The notes under the pieces: generated by a model
What the model saw: the letters and a program-made list of their open reading frames with translations, nothing else
The model's database searches: none
What the model was told of the DNA's origin: nothing
In this document: positions 28,578-40,650 of the stretch, in pieces
Layout: every line of letters begins with the position of its first letter
Position numbering within the stretch: the stretch's first letter is position 1
Source of the DNA: Trichinella spiralis
Taxonomy: Eukaryota
Assembly (NCBI RefSeq): GCF_000181795.1
Contig: NW_003526948.1
Span: forward strand, 1,067,444 to 1,131,443
Reading direction: 5' to 3'
DNA length: 64,000 nt
Program-made: the position numbers and the translations under genes

Positions 28578-31500
28578 TTCATTGAGTGAAGTTGAAGCAT
28601 ACATTTTAGAGATTGCTACTGTATGCTAAGTGATGATAATCAAACTTTCATTCATAAATATGGTCGACATCAGTTGAACAACGGGCGGCAGGCAAGCAGC
28701 GGTGTAATAAATTTTGCAACTTTTCAGTCACATATTCTTGCGTTTCATCGAAACCGATCATCATTTTCTTCACATTAACTTCACTCCCTGTTGGTGCATG
28801 TATGCAAATTTATTTTCAATTTTTTTATTTTGCCGAAGCTAATTTGTTTTGCGTTTTGGACTTCTGCTGACTGGTTATTGCAAAATTTGTTTCTCATACT
28901 GACGATTTTTCCGTAATAATAATAATAATAATACTTTTAATTAATGTGCGCTATGCCAAGCGTTGTTTATGAACTGATGATTCATAGTCACCGTTGATGT
29001 CATGTTATTGTACTTTTCTTTTTCCAAATGGATGAGGAAAAAGTTCATATTATTTGGGTTGAGAAAATGAGTAACATTTTCTCATTCTGTGAAACAAAAA
29101 TTACTGCTTTACTTTTACATGGAAAAGGTTATACATTAACAATAGTTTATTGGATCAAGTACTGTTTTCAGGTGATGAAGAGAATTATTCACATATACAA
29201 TTTCAGCTACAGTATAGATAATTTTTCCTTATTTTTATTATAAAGTTTTTATAATTTATAAACTTCTCAGGATCGTATGCTCAACGGCATGCCAGTATAT
29301 GGAAGAAACGTGCCGCCAGCTGGTCAAGGAACACTGCCTCCACCTCCACAGATGCAGATGTTTCAGGAGCAGCAGTTGATGGGCAACATGCCAAGGCATC
29401 CGTCCATTGCTGCTCTCAGACAGGAAGCCAGGGCGTCTCCCACTGCTTATCTCCAACAACAACAACAACCGCAACAGCAACAAGGTGGTATTATTCCGTC
29501 AAATATGCCACCTTCTAGTCCTGGTGGAAACATGATGCGGCAGTCACCGAACCCACCAGCGGCATCAGCTTCAGGTAAGCCGTTCTTTTATTTCCTTTTA
29601 CAGGTGAAAATTTTCTCATTCAACGTTACTGCTAAAAATAAAATAAAATAAGTAATACATTTTTATTATCGTAAATTAAATTTAAGTTGTAATATTTTCA
29701 CAATTTTATTTATTGTTTTGCGAATATCATCCACAGTTCCTAATCCCTAACTATTAGAGAATGAAATCCAGTGTTGTTCATGTATTGCATGTCTTGCAAC
29801 GTGATTTGTTTTTTCTGTCTATTTTTTTATATTTCATTTTGTATATTTTAAAAGTATCAATTGTGGTGTTATATTTTTCTGTGTAACATTACTTGTGCGC
29901 ACGTGGTATGCAGTTTTTATACGTTGGTATAGTTTGCTTATCAACGTTGAGTGACGCACCAACGCGTAGGCTCCAGTAAATTTTTCCACTTTGTTTGATA
30001 TATTAATTTGTTTTGAATGTGTAATGTCACAAAAAGAGATGGATATTTCTTGTCATGTCGATAAAGTGAAATGTGTTAATTCTTCACCTTATTCATTACA
30101 AGTTCATCCATCATTCTCACTAAATATTTGATGATTGGTGAATTTGACAATTTTGTACACTTTGCTTATTTCTTGTTTTACTTTTATGAATGTACTTATT
30201 TTTTGTTCAAAAAGGAATATTTACTATTTATAAATGTGCGACATTTGATTTATCTTTTTTTAAAATAAGATTTGTTGACAAATTTAATTTTCTTTCACAT
30301 TACACCTTACGCAAACTGTGCATATCTTCCTTTTCTACGTCATTCACTCTTTAACCTACAATTGTTGTTTTGTTGGAACAACTTGAACCAGAACAGAAGA
30401 CATTGCTATAATTTTCACTTGAACATGCCATCAAATGAATGCTATCATCACGACTTTATCAGCATATTAAAGCAGCAGGCAATAACAGTTCTGTTCAACA
30501 GTATAAAGTTTTTCTTTCCTCATTTTCTATTTAAATATTACTAATATATAATATATATAGTTTTGAAGAATTAAGAGAAATGAAGCAAAGCGAATTCCTA
30601 GTAGAATAATTTTGAGAAACAACAAACAGCGCCGTGTGTATGTGTGTGTGTTTGTGTTTGTGTGTGTATAAGATAAGATGGAGGATAGGTGAATGATGAA
30701 ATTCATAAATCGTTATTGTCAGTGTTGTTTTTCTCGTTTGTGCACGAAATGCAAGATGATCGTGAATAAATTAATTTTTTTTGATTCTGTTTTATCAAAT
30801 TATTTTGTAGATAGATTATTTAGGCCCATTGGAAACTTTTACTATGTCATAAGTGATCATATGTATATGAAATTGATCGCTTATCCTTGCATTTTTTAAT
30901 GTGGCATTTATTCATAATATTTTTATCGTAATGAATTGAATGGAGGAATTTTTATTTTCATTGGTAAAGTAATTGCGAGGGTGAATATGCGATATTTTGC
31001 ATTGTATTATTTCATCAAATTATTTATCATATTACAAGTACTCGAGTTGTTTCTTGTTCATCACGTTTTCACTTTATCCATTTTTTCTTACTTACGTTAG
31101 AAATTTCTCTCATGAAGTTTTTATAAATTGCATGCTCATTGTTGTTTTTTCCAAATATGAAAATGCAATATCATTCAATTTAAGGTTATGATAGAACTAA
31201 TTTATTTATTATTTTCTGTGATATACAAATACAGGTTTTTTAACAGTCATCCGTGAAGATTGTAATAAGGAATGGATTTTAGATTGGAATATATTTGCGG
31301 TTCAGAAAGTTTTTTGAACATAGTGCTTTCCAGATTTACAATACGTGCAGTTTTACTTTTTCACTGATTTATGTTACTTTTAGACCCGAACTTATATTGT
31401 ATGCAGTATCAGCATAATATGTATGGCCAGACGAATCAGTCAACGGGTACGTACGTATGTGCGCCGCATCCTAATGGTTCGCAAGTAATGGGAAGCGCGT

Positions 31501-34500
31501 TTTCGGCTACACCGATGAATAGAATGCCTCATCATGGAGCAGGTGGTGCTCCACCACCTGGTGGATCTGTAGTCTTCAGCCCTTATGTGAATGGACCGTC
31601 GACAATTGGCGAAACAGTTGTCCCTCCTCCGCCGCCGCACGGTCAATATATGGGTGCACGTTATCACTTGGAATCACCACAGCAACGTGGCATGTACACC
31701 GTCAACGGACCAGCTGTGGGTGGAGAGATGATCAAACAGTCTCCCAGTCCTGCTTTGACTGAAACTTTTGATGGCTGCACTAAGGATAATTCTCGTATGG
31801 GTCTGGAATTGGATGTGGGAAATCGATTGACATTTTTGAACTTTAACACTTCAGGAAACGGTCGGGGCACACCGTCTTCGATTGAACGGCAGCGCATGTC
31901 CAATTCTAGCGGAAGTAGTCGGGCCAGATCTACTTGTGGAGCAAAGGTATTTTTACTTTTATTATTTTTGTCTTGTTGTACTGTTTTTTTATGCTTTTTT
32001 TACAAATTTGAAATATTCATAGGAAAGTCATCCTCCCACACCGGCACCGACCAGTCCTGGAGGTACGTCTTCCGTTCATGACGACATTGAGTCAAGTTTA
32101 AGTTCTCCTTCATGGCCACGAACACCGTTATCACCAGCTGTGCATGTATGTTTTTGTATTATTTTCTTTATTATATATATATGCATATGTGTATGTGTAT
32201 ATACTTTTATTCTTTGCTTTTACAGTTTTTGGTTTATTTTTTTTGCTTTTAGCGTGCTCAGTCATCGTCTCACATCAGCATGGGACCTCCGGGATCATCT
32301 AACCAGCAACAGCAGGTTGGCTGTTCGACGTTGCTTGGTCCGAATTCGGGTAACTGCAGTGCTAGTGGCAGCGGGGTTGGTGCAATCAAAGAAGGTCAAG
32401 CGAGCATGGTTGCACGACTTTTGGGCGATCCAAGTTTAATCAATTCAACAGGCGAAGAATGGGCTGAGAGAAAATCATTTTTCGAGCGACTGATTCAGTT
32501 CAGCGATTCTTATGGTCATCCAATTACATCTCATCCCACCGTATCCAAGCAGACAGTTGATCTCCACAAATTATACATGGCTGTAAAAGCAAGAGGCGGG
32601 TTTGAGGAGGTTTGTTATTTTTATTTTTGTTTTTCATTTATTAATTTGGTATTTATTTATTCTTATGTGTATGTATATAAGTAAAATGATTAATAAATGA
32701 CAAATTTTGATGGAAAATTAATTTTTAGGTGACGAAGAAGAAATATTGGAGAGATCTGTGCGTGATATTTAACATTGGAGTCTCTAACAGTGCCTCGGGA
32801 CAGTTGAAAAAGCAGTATTCGCGCTTTTTGTTTCCATTTGAATGCGTTTACGACCTCGGGGGAGTTGATCCGCAACCAATTCTCGCCTCATTAGAATCGA
32901 AAAAGAAAAACAAAAATAAGTCAGCCAACGTCAGTGGAACAGGTAATGCAGTTTAACAGAACGAGAAAACTTTTTTTGATGCATTCATATTTTTCATAGC
33001 ATACATTTCAGATTGTAGTAGTAGTGTTGGTAGCAGTAATAGTAACTATGGGCAGGCGTCAAGCGATGGTTCGTTTACGAAGCCGTACGAGCAGGTGACT
33101 GGCTCTGCAGGGCAGTTTGCCAGTCAGCCCGGTGCTTTTCCTGTTCACCAAGCGGGTCCGCAGCAGCAGCAACCACCGGCGCCACCGCAGCAGCAGCATG
33201 GTGTGAAGATGAGTTCAGCATCAATGGCACCACCTCCGGCGCAGCAGCAACAGTTACAGTCAACGCATTTGCAGCATCTTCAGGCTAACACAGGAGGGGG
33301 AATAAACAGCGAAATGATAGCCAGGGATCCTTTTGACGATCGGGTTCAACAGCAGCAGCAGCAACATTTACAACAAACGTCGTCCCAACAACAACACCAG
33401 CAGCAGCAGCAGCAGCAGCAACAGCAACAACAACAACAACAACAACAGCAGCAGCAACAACAACACCAACAGCAACAGCAACAACAGTCAGTTTTACAGC
33501 AACAAACGCATCATCATCATCCTCATCAGCAACAATCACAGCCGCAACAAGGACAGCCAAGTCAACCGACAGCTGTGGCGGGCGCTTATTTTCAATGTGG
33601 CGGTGCGCCGCCTCCGTTTGTTGGACGTCAATTTTCTGGATATGGACCAGAACGTCCATTGTACACACCACGGTTACCGTTAGGCAGCAGTGCGAATTGC
33701 ACTGTAGGACCAGGCTATGCAGGAATGAAACCATACAGTGCTGCTGGACAACCAGTTTCTGCCGATAGTAGCGGCTTCAGTGTTTCTCAGGTAGCATCTC
33801 TGCGACCAAGCAGCGGTAACGCCACCACTGGATCATTTGTTGCGGAGGACTCTGCTTCGCATGTTGCTACTTACCAATCATCACCTGCCCTCAAAAATAC
33901 ACATATTTCGGTCTATCCAGTCTACAACAATGGTGACAACAGTGGTAGCAATAATAGCATTAATAACAACAACGACGACAACGACAACAGCAGCAGCAGT
34001 AATAATAATAATAATAACGGGGTGAACGATTGTCCTCCATCAGCAAGTGGCATGGCACCAACTCCGGTCGGGCCTCAACAGCCTAGCAGCATGCAAATGC
34101 CGGCTGCTTATCCAACACAAGGTTTGTATTTATCAGTGATGTGAATTTTTAATTAATTTGTTTGTTTGTTTTAGAGCAACAACAACCGCAGCCAATGATG
34201 CGATCTGCTGCTGTTGGTGGTGGTAATGTTGTTCTTTCCAATCAACCATGGATGCAATCGCACGTAGCTGCTAGCCGCATGCCGGCACCGTCTTTGCAAC
34301 AGCCTGTTTCCGGTACAATTCCGGGTCTCTCTTTACGTGAGACTGCGCCCAGGTAAATTAGAAGAAAGTCATTTTGGCACATTTTTTGTACTTTGGTTTC
34401 AACTGTTATGTTATTATTATTAATTTAGTGCTAGTCAGCAGCGGTCTAGCAAAAGTAGCTCTCAGATGCAGCCACACGCATCCGGTACAAATTCGGGTCC

Positions 34501-37209
34501 AATAGTGACGAAAGATGCCACCTCACCAATGGGTATGAAGGTGAGTTGACAGTTTTTCGATCTACGGTTGTATTTGTTGAAGTGATTTAAATTATTTTCC
34601 AGAGCACTGTCACGTCGCAACGTCGTGAAAAACAACAACACCAGCAGCAAGGTGTTGTTTTTCCTCCCGAATGCATCGAAGCAACTCAAGTTATGTCAAG
34701 ACGGCGTAAAAAGTACACCGCCAAAGATATTGGTATGTGCACAAAGTAGATAAAAAAACGTGGTGGACCAATTTTTAAGGCGAATTTAATTTAATCTAAT
34801 TTATTTATAGGACCAATTGATCCGTGGCGACTGGTGATGGTTTTCAAATCAGGTCTTTTGTTCGAGGTCACCTGGGGATTGAACGTCTTGAACGTCCTAT
34901 TGTACGATGACAGCAGTGCGCCGTATTTTAATTTGAATTCATTGCCTGGGTTTTTGGACGCACTTGTCGAAGTGTGGAAGCAGAGTCTTTTAGAACTGGC
35001 TTCTGAAATGGGCATACAGTTGCCGAGTTTTTTTTCTGAGCATTTATCAGTCGGCAGCGTGGAGAAAACAATGATGATGAACAACAACACCACTAAGAGT
35101 AGTAGTAGATGGAAACGCAGATGGTATGAAGATGATGACGACGAGCCGAGAGTCGATGCAGAATTATTAGTTGGAGGTGATGGTGATGATGGTAGCGGTA
35201 GTGGACGTGGTCGTGGTCGTGGTCGTGGTTCTGGTCATAGTGATGATAGTAGTGAAACGATGGCAAAAACGGCCGATCGAATGATCGAAATGGGTAGACC
35301 GTTGCCTAGGTCTGAAGATGCTGGTTTGGAAGATATTGATTTGAAATTTTGCAATTGTACATGCGCGACGTCGAGATCGGTGAAGAAGATGATGAAAATG
35401 AAGAAGAAAATTTTAATTGAAACCGAAAAAGTGGACGACGGAGACGAAAAACAGCGGCGGCAGCAGCAGGAAGCAACAACGGTGGTGAAACAAACCCGCG
35501 GGGGCGGCACCAGCAGCAACGGTAGAACGAGACGGAAACGACCTTTGTTAGCAGCTGTAGTGACCAATGGTGGTGGTCGAGGAAGCGGCGTTGCGACCAT
35601 CAGTGGCCAGTCGAACGGGTTAGGAGGTAAACGGATGGCCATAAGTGGACAAGCAGCGGGAGGAGAACAGCAAGAGACGACCGATGTCCAGGGCGGTGTG
35701 GAACAGCAGCCGCAGGAGCAGCAACAGCAACACCAAACCAAATCGACGGCAAGCAATAACGGCAGCCGATGCTTTTGCAAGACCAAGTTCACACTCAATA
35801 CAGCGTCGTTGTTTTCTTTGCCATCTTGGTGTCCGTTTGAAATATCGTCTGATCGTCAGCGTAATGCACTGGATCGTTGCCTGAGCGCGTCGAACGCTTT
35901 GACCGGTCTGTCTTATATACCGGGCAACGAGCATCGGATGGCCAAGTGCGGAACCCTTGTCGCCGGTTTGGCTTCGTTGATCAATTTGGATTTGTTTGAA
36001 GAGATTTTCAAGCCATTGTCGTTCCGACGTCTGACGCCGGACGAGAATATTGCAGAAGATTCCGAAGCGATGTACGAAGGTGGAAAGTGTTTGCAGTTCA
36101 ATTCGTTTCTAGATGGTCTCAAACGTTTAGTTGATGACGCTTTTGTTATTTTGTGCAACTTGAGTCCACAGTTGGAGCTGGACACCCAAGAATGCGTCGT
36201 AGTCGGTCGACTGTTGGACGCTCTGCTCAACTGGGCTACGGGTCGATCGTCGATGGCGCTGGACCCGCTGTCAGGAATGGCGTTCGTGCCGCCAAATCGG
36301 TACGCTCTGGAGGTGCTTTGCAAAATGTCCGTCGTCGACAAGAACGTCGACTTGATGCTAGCTACACCTCCGTGGTCGCGGATCGAGCTTTTGTTGAAAC
36401 TGTTAGCCAGTCATTTGAGCATCATTGAAGAGGTGATGATGCGAGAATTTGCTGTCGCACTGATGCACGCTTTTTGTCTTGCAAATCCAGTAGCATGCGT
36501 TGTGGCCGCCAACCAGACGCCAGCCGTTCAATATTTGGTGTCTTTTCTTGATCAAGCAGATTGCAATATGCATCAAGTAGAAATGAAATTGTTGTTTTTC
36601 TCTTATTTATCTATTTATATGTGCATATTTTCCTTTTTGAAGGTGGTCTCTGTGCATGGAATGCCGGCGTTGAGAGAAAATCCCGAATTGATGGGTACAA
36701 GTGTTGGAATGTTGCGTCGTGCTGCGACGACGTTGTTGTTTATGGCAAGAATCCCAGCGTGTCGAGCACGTTTTGCTAAACACCATATTCGTTTGTTACA
36801 TTTTACCATGTCATCGTTGATGGACTCACGAGTTGCCAGCACAATTGCCGATGTTTTGTACGAATTGCACAATGTTACTTACGATGAGGAGAAGGTTCTT
36901 CCTGGCAGCAACCGTGGATGCGGTAATAGCAACCAAGTCATACTTTCGACTAATCTTGCTACTGCTGATATTACTGCTGCTGTTGTTACGGATACTAATA
37001 CCATTGCCACTGATGCTGCTAATTCTGCTACACCTACTTCTGTCTTTAATCCTACTTTCGGTAGTGTAATTGCTGCCACTGCTACTACTACTACTACAGA
37101 ATCTGTTACTGCTATCCCTGCTAGTGCAACTACTACTACTACTACTACTACTACTACTGCTACTCCTGCTACTACAACTACTATTAATACTAATACTGGT
37201 GCTAATTAA
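24405..37209 (+). CDS. let-526: ARID1/Osa/LET-526 SWI/SNF (BAF250) subunit, about 13 exons
   Basis: Q/P-rich N-terminal exons (24405-24698, 25654-25889, 29271-29574, 31385-31946); SPSWPRTPLSP; ARID domain RKSFFERL...PTVSKQTVDLHKLYMAVKARGGFEE|VTKKKYWRDLC...ASGQLKKQYSRFLFPFEC (32450-32870); poly-Q; FPPECIEATQ; IDPWRLVMVFKSGLLFEVTWGLNVLNVLLYDD; BAF250_C motifs LSYIPGNE, NVDLMLATPP and MGTSVGMLRRAA. Confidence 0.92.
24940..25330. repeat. Compound microsatellite (ATAC)n/(ATCC)n/(ATGC)n + (AT)n + (AC)n in ARID1 intron 1
   Basis: Directly visible tetranucleotide and dinucleotide arrays; they generate the spurious YIHT/MYVC ORFs. Confidence 0.97.
33346..33490 (+). repeat. CAG/CAA trinucleotide repeat encoding poly-Gln in ARID1
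   Basis: Mixed CAG/CAA runs in frame within the 33012-34122 exon. Confidence 0.93.
37080..37200 (+). repeat. (ACT/GCT)n repeat encoding the Thr/Ala-rich C-terminal tail of ARID1
   Basis: actactact... in frame up to TAA at 37207-37209. Confidence 0.85.
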
Positions 37210-37916
37210 TCATTACGTTGATCGACATCCGCCAAAAGTGGCGGATTTCTCTTCCTAATCATTTTGTTTTGCCGATTTCTACCTTTATGTATATATATAT
37301 AGATAAATAAATATACAAGTATTTATTCATATATATATATATGAATAAATTTATTTAAATTTAAATATTTAATAAATACTTGTATATTTATTTATATGTT
37401 AACTTTCATCTTTTGTCGTTTTCTTTCTGTCTTGCGACATCAAAGCATGCGTCTTTACCGTAAGGTATTTTTTCATGTTTTTTAAATATCAGCAACGTTA
37501 TATTTTTTCAACAGTTTGTTTCTTCATTTTATGATATCAATTACTTTGTTAAAATGTTCCATTTTTCACACTCGCCCTTTATTCTATTTTTCCTTTGGAC
37601 TGTTATTTTTATTTGTTCATCTGTTATGTAATGTATATATATATATATATGTTTCATAACATAGAAGAATGTTGTGCTTCTTTTGTATATATTTTTAATC
37701 AACAACATTAAATTTTGAAATATAAAGTTTTTACTTGTGTAACATTGAAAAAATGACATTCATGGTTTTGGTGGGGTTTTTTGTACTTTCAGTTTGCATA
37801 ACGTTTGAGATGCAGCGGAATGTTTGCACGTGTGTGTGTGTGTGTGTGTTTATGCTTGTTTATCTTCTGGTTAGCAGAATGCAAAAAAATACTTTTCTTC
37901 CTTATAGCATACGACT

Positions 37917-38418
37917 TCAGTACAGAGATTTCATCACTGCTGGCAACGATTTATTGTCATTATCAGCGAAATGGACGAAAGGCACTGCACTTGATCGACC
38001 GGAACTGATATAATGCTGAAAAAGCAGATCAGCAGGATGATGATCATCTTCATCGTCGTCGGCAACTATTCAAACACAAAAGAACACTGTTATTTTGACA
38101 AATAGCAGAAGCATGAATGGAAAGCATAAAAAGAACCTGATCTATGAAAATGGCTAGTGCCTGGGCCGTTCAGGGGAGGCGGTTGTATTGCCGAAGTTGA
38201 TTTTTTAGCATTTTTACGACGATCGCATAAATACGAGCACACTGTCACCACCACAACAACAAGTATACCGAAACCACATGCGGCTAATAGAAGTGTGGCC
38301 GTTTGCTTTTTATGATCTGTCAAAAACAATCATTATTATTAATAACTTATTACATTGTTACAATGAGTGTTACATTTGGCAGAAGAAACATAAAACTACT
38401 TACTACTACTACTACTAC

Positions 38419-38455
<37 letters not shown>

Positions 38456-40650
38456 CTTACTAATTACATATATCCAAGTCATTTGGAGACATTTCCACAA
38501 GCCGAGCAAATTTGGTGTGGAAGGAGACAGAGTAGATATTGCTGTTGCTGTAAGATTGTTGTTATCGGTGATCACCGCAACACTGCTTTCTGTCAATTGA
38601 GAGAACACAGTAGGCGTAAAGGTTTCACTGTACCAATTTTGGTCAAATTTGACTGGAGAATTTGATAACAAACTTTCATTTTCTAAAATTTCATTTTGTA
38701 TTATTTACACTCTCTACAAAAGAACATACCAGTTGATGTCTGTGAAATTTGTTGTTGTTCATCATTCATTGGTGATAAACCTTTCACTACAGAAAGCTGA
38801 TGATCGTCTTTCACATATTTGTTCATACCTACGGCAATCACATTTGCAGCTTCCAATGTAGCGTCAGTAAAGACAATTTCATCGACTGAAAAAGGGAACA
38901 TGCAAAAAATTAGAAAACGCAAAATAAATGAAAACTGCTGACCACAAATAAAAGTGACCACAAGTTGTCGATTTAAAGTTTCCGGACAAATCGGAAAATG
39001 CAATCTTGAAAGAAACAACGAACGTTTTACCGTCAGTTGGCATTCTTTTCTAGCATGACATTGTTCGGCTACAATTGGCAAAACATCTGTTGAGCAATCT
39101 AAATTTTCAAATTCAACAGTCTTGTTTTTTAGCATAGAATTCAAAAAAGAAAAACAAGTTATATCATTTAATGAAACAAATTAAAATATTCAAACAGTAA
39201 TATATTTGTTGTACAATTTACAAATGAATATAATAAATAAACCGTCGCAATTCAGCAAAAGTCATCACCGTCCGCAATGCTCCCAAACATACTGTAACTT
39301 ACTATAATACTACTTACTTATTAGGTACTGTAATTACGTGAAAACTTACAACTTTGTCAAATTGATCTTTAAATTCCGCTAAAGAAGCGTGAAAATTACT
39401 CGAATTAACTATTATTTAAAAAAGCACAAATAAATAAATAATTTCTTTTTAATTCAGAAGCATTTAATTATTTTGTGCATTTAAACTCATTTTGAAATAA
39501 ACTCATGTATTGTTTTGTTTCATCAGTTGCTTCTGTAAATTATAAATGTTGAGAAATCTTTAAGATTCTTCAACAATAAACATTAGGCAATATACTGTAA
39601 TAAAAAATACAATGCTTTATTCCTTTAATTGACTGCTTCCTGAAAGATCAAAATTTTAAATTATGCAGTATTAAATTCAAATAAATAAATATCAAACGTA
39701 TTTTCGTCTGTGAACTACAACATAAGCCACATACCAAAATAAATATCTCGTGCCGTTTTCTGACAATTTCCGGATCCGTGCGGCGGAACACTTCCATAAA
39801 CTGCTGCGTAAACAGCGATACGATGCTTCTGTTGACAGGTAATTTTCATTTCTTCATTCTCGCAGTAAAATTCACCGTTAAACTGGCCTGTTTAAAATAA
39901 TTTTCCAGTGATATTTAATTATATATAAATGTTTACAAAACCAGCTAGCTTCATTCATCATCTTTTCACTGTAAATATTTTAATTTTCCAACCTCTCAAA
40001 TCCATCACCACCACCAACATTGACAACAACAACAAAACAAAAAATGTTTTAAACACTTTTTGGTATAAATAAATAAATAAATATATATATATATATATAT
40101 GAAATAAATAAAAATAAACTCTAACTAAGTACAGGTAAATATCGATAAAAGCCAACGTACTCGGTCTGCAACGATAAGCAACGTGCAAATGTTTCGTTAC
40201 ATCTCGTGTACAATTGCTCAGATTATGCAAATATGAACTCTGCTTGATCAAACATCGACGCTTGTTTTGGCAAATTTCAACCAATTTCTGTTAAAAGAAT
40301 AAAAAATAATTAATAACAACTGTTGTTGTTGTAAATAAATAAAATTTTAAATGGACAAAACTCACTGAATAAGCATCAACAGCTAAACAATATTTCGAAA
40401 TAAGGGCAGGGTTTAATTTGTTTTCAAATTTCCTTTTACTTCTTCTGTTTTGCTGTTGAAGCTGAGAAAAAGTATTCTCCTGTTTAGGCGCTTTATTCAA
40501 TAAATGACGGCAAATTTGAAATGTTTCACTCGAATGGCCAAAAAATACTTTGTCCAGGGATATTTGCGTATGCGGTGGACATTTCAGTACCATTTTCTCC
40601 TCTTCACAGAAACTTTTCTCTCTTAGCCGCAAACTTTTGTAATTGAATCC
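37917..40650 (-). CDS. eva-1: EVA-1/EVA1C-like type I membrane protein with two galactose/rhamnose-binding (SUEL) lectin domains; 5' exon(s) unresolved
   Basis: Lectin 1: FCEEEKMVLKCPPHTQISLDKVFFGH...CLAVDAY|VEICQNKRRC...KHLHVAYRCRP. Lectin 2: FYCENEEMKITCQQKHRIAVYAAVYG...C|DCSTDVLPIVAEQCHARKEC...CPETLNRQLVVTFIC. Then an S/T-rich stalk, a TM (LLLAACGFGILVVVVVTVC) followed by RRK, and a short cytoplasmic tail ending in TGA at 37919-37917. Confidence 0.78.

Noticed and set aside
33285..36341. Minus-strand ORFs of 100-190 aa
   Set aside because: Antisense shadows of GC-rich, repetitive ARID1 exons.
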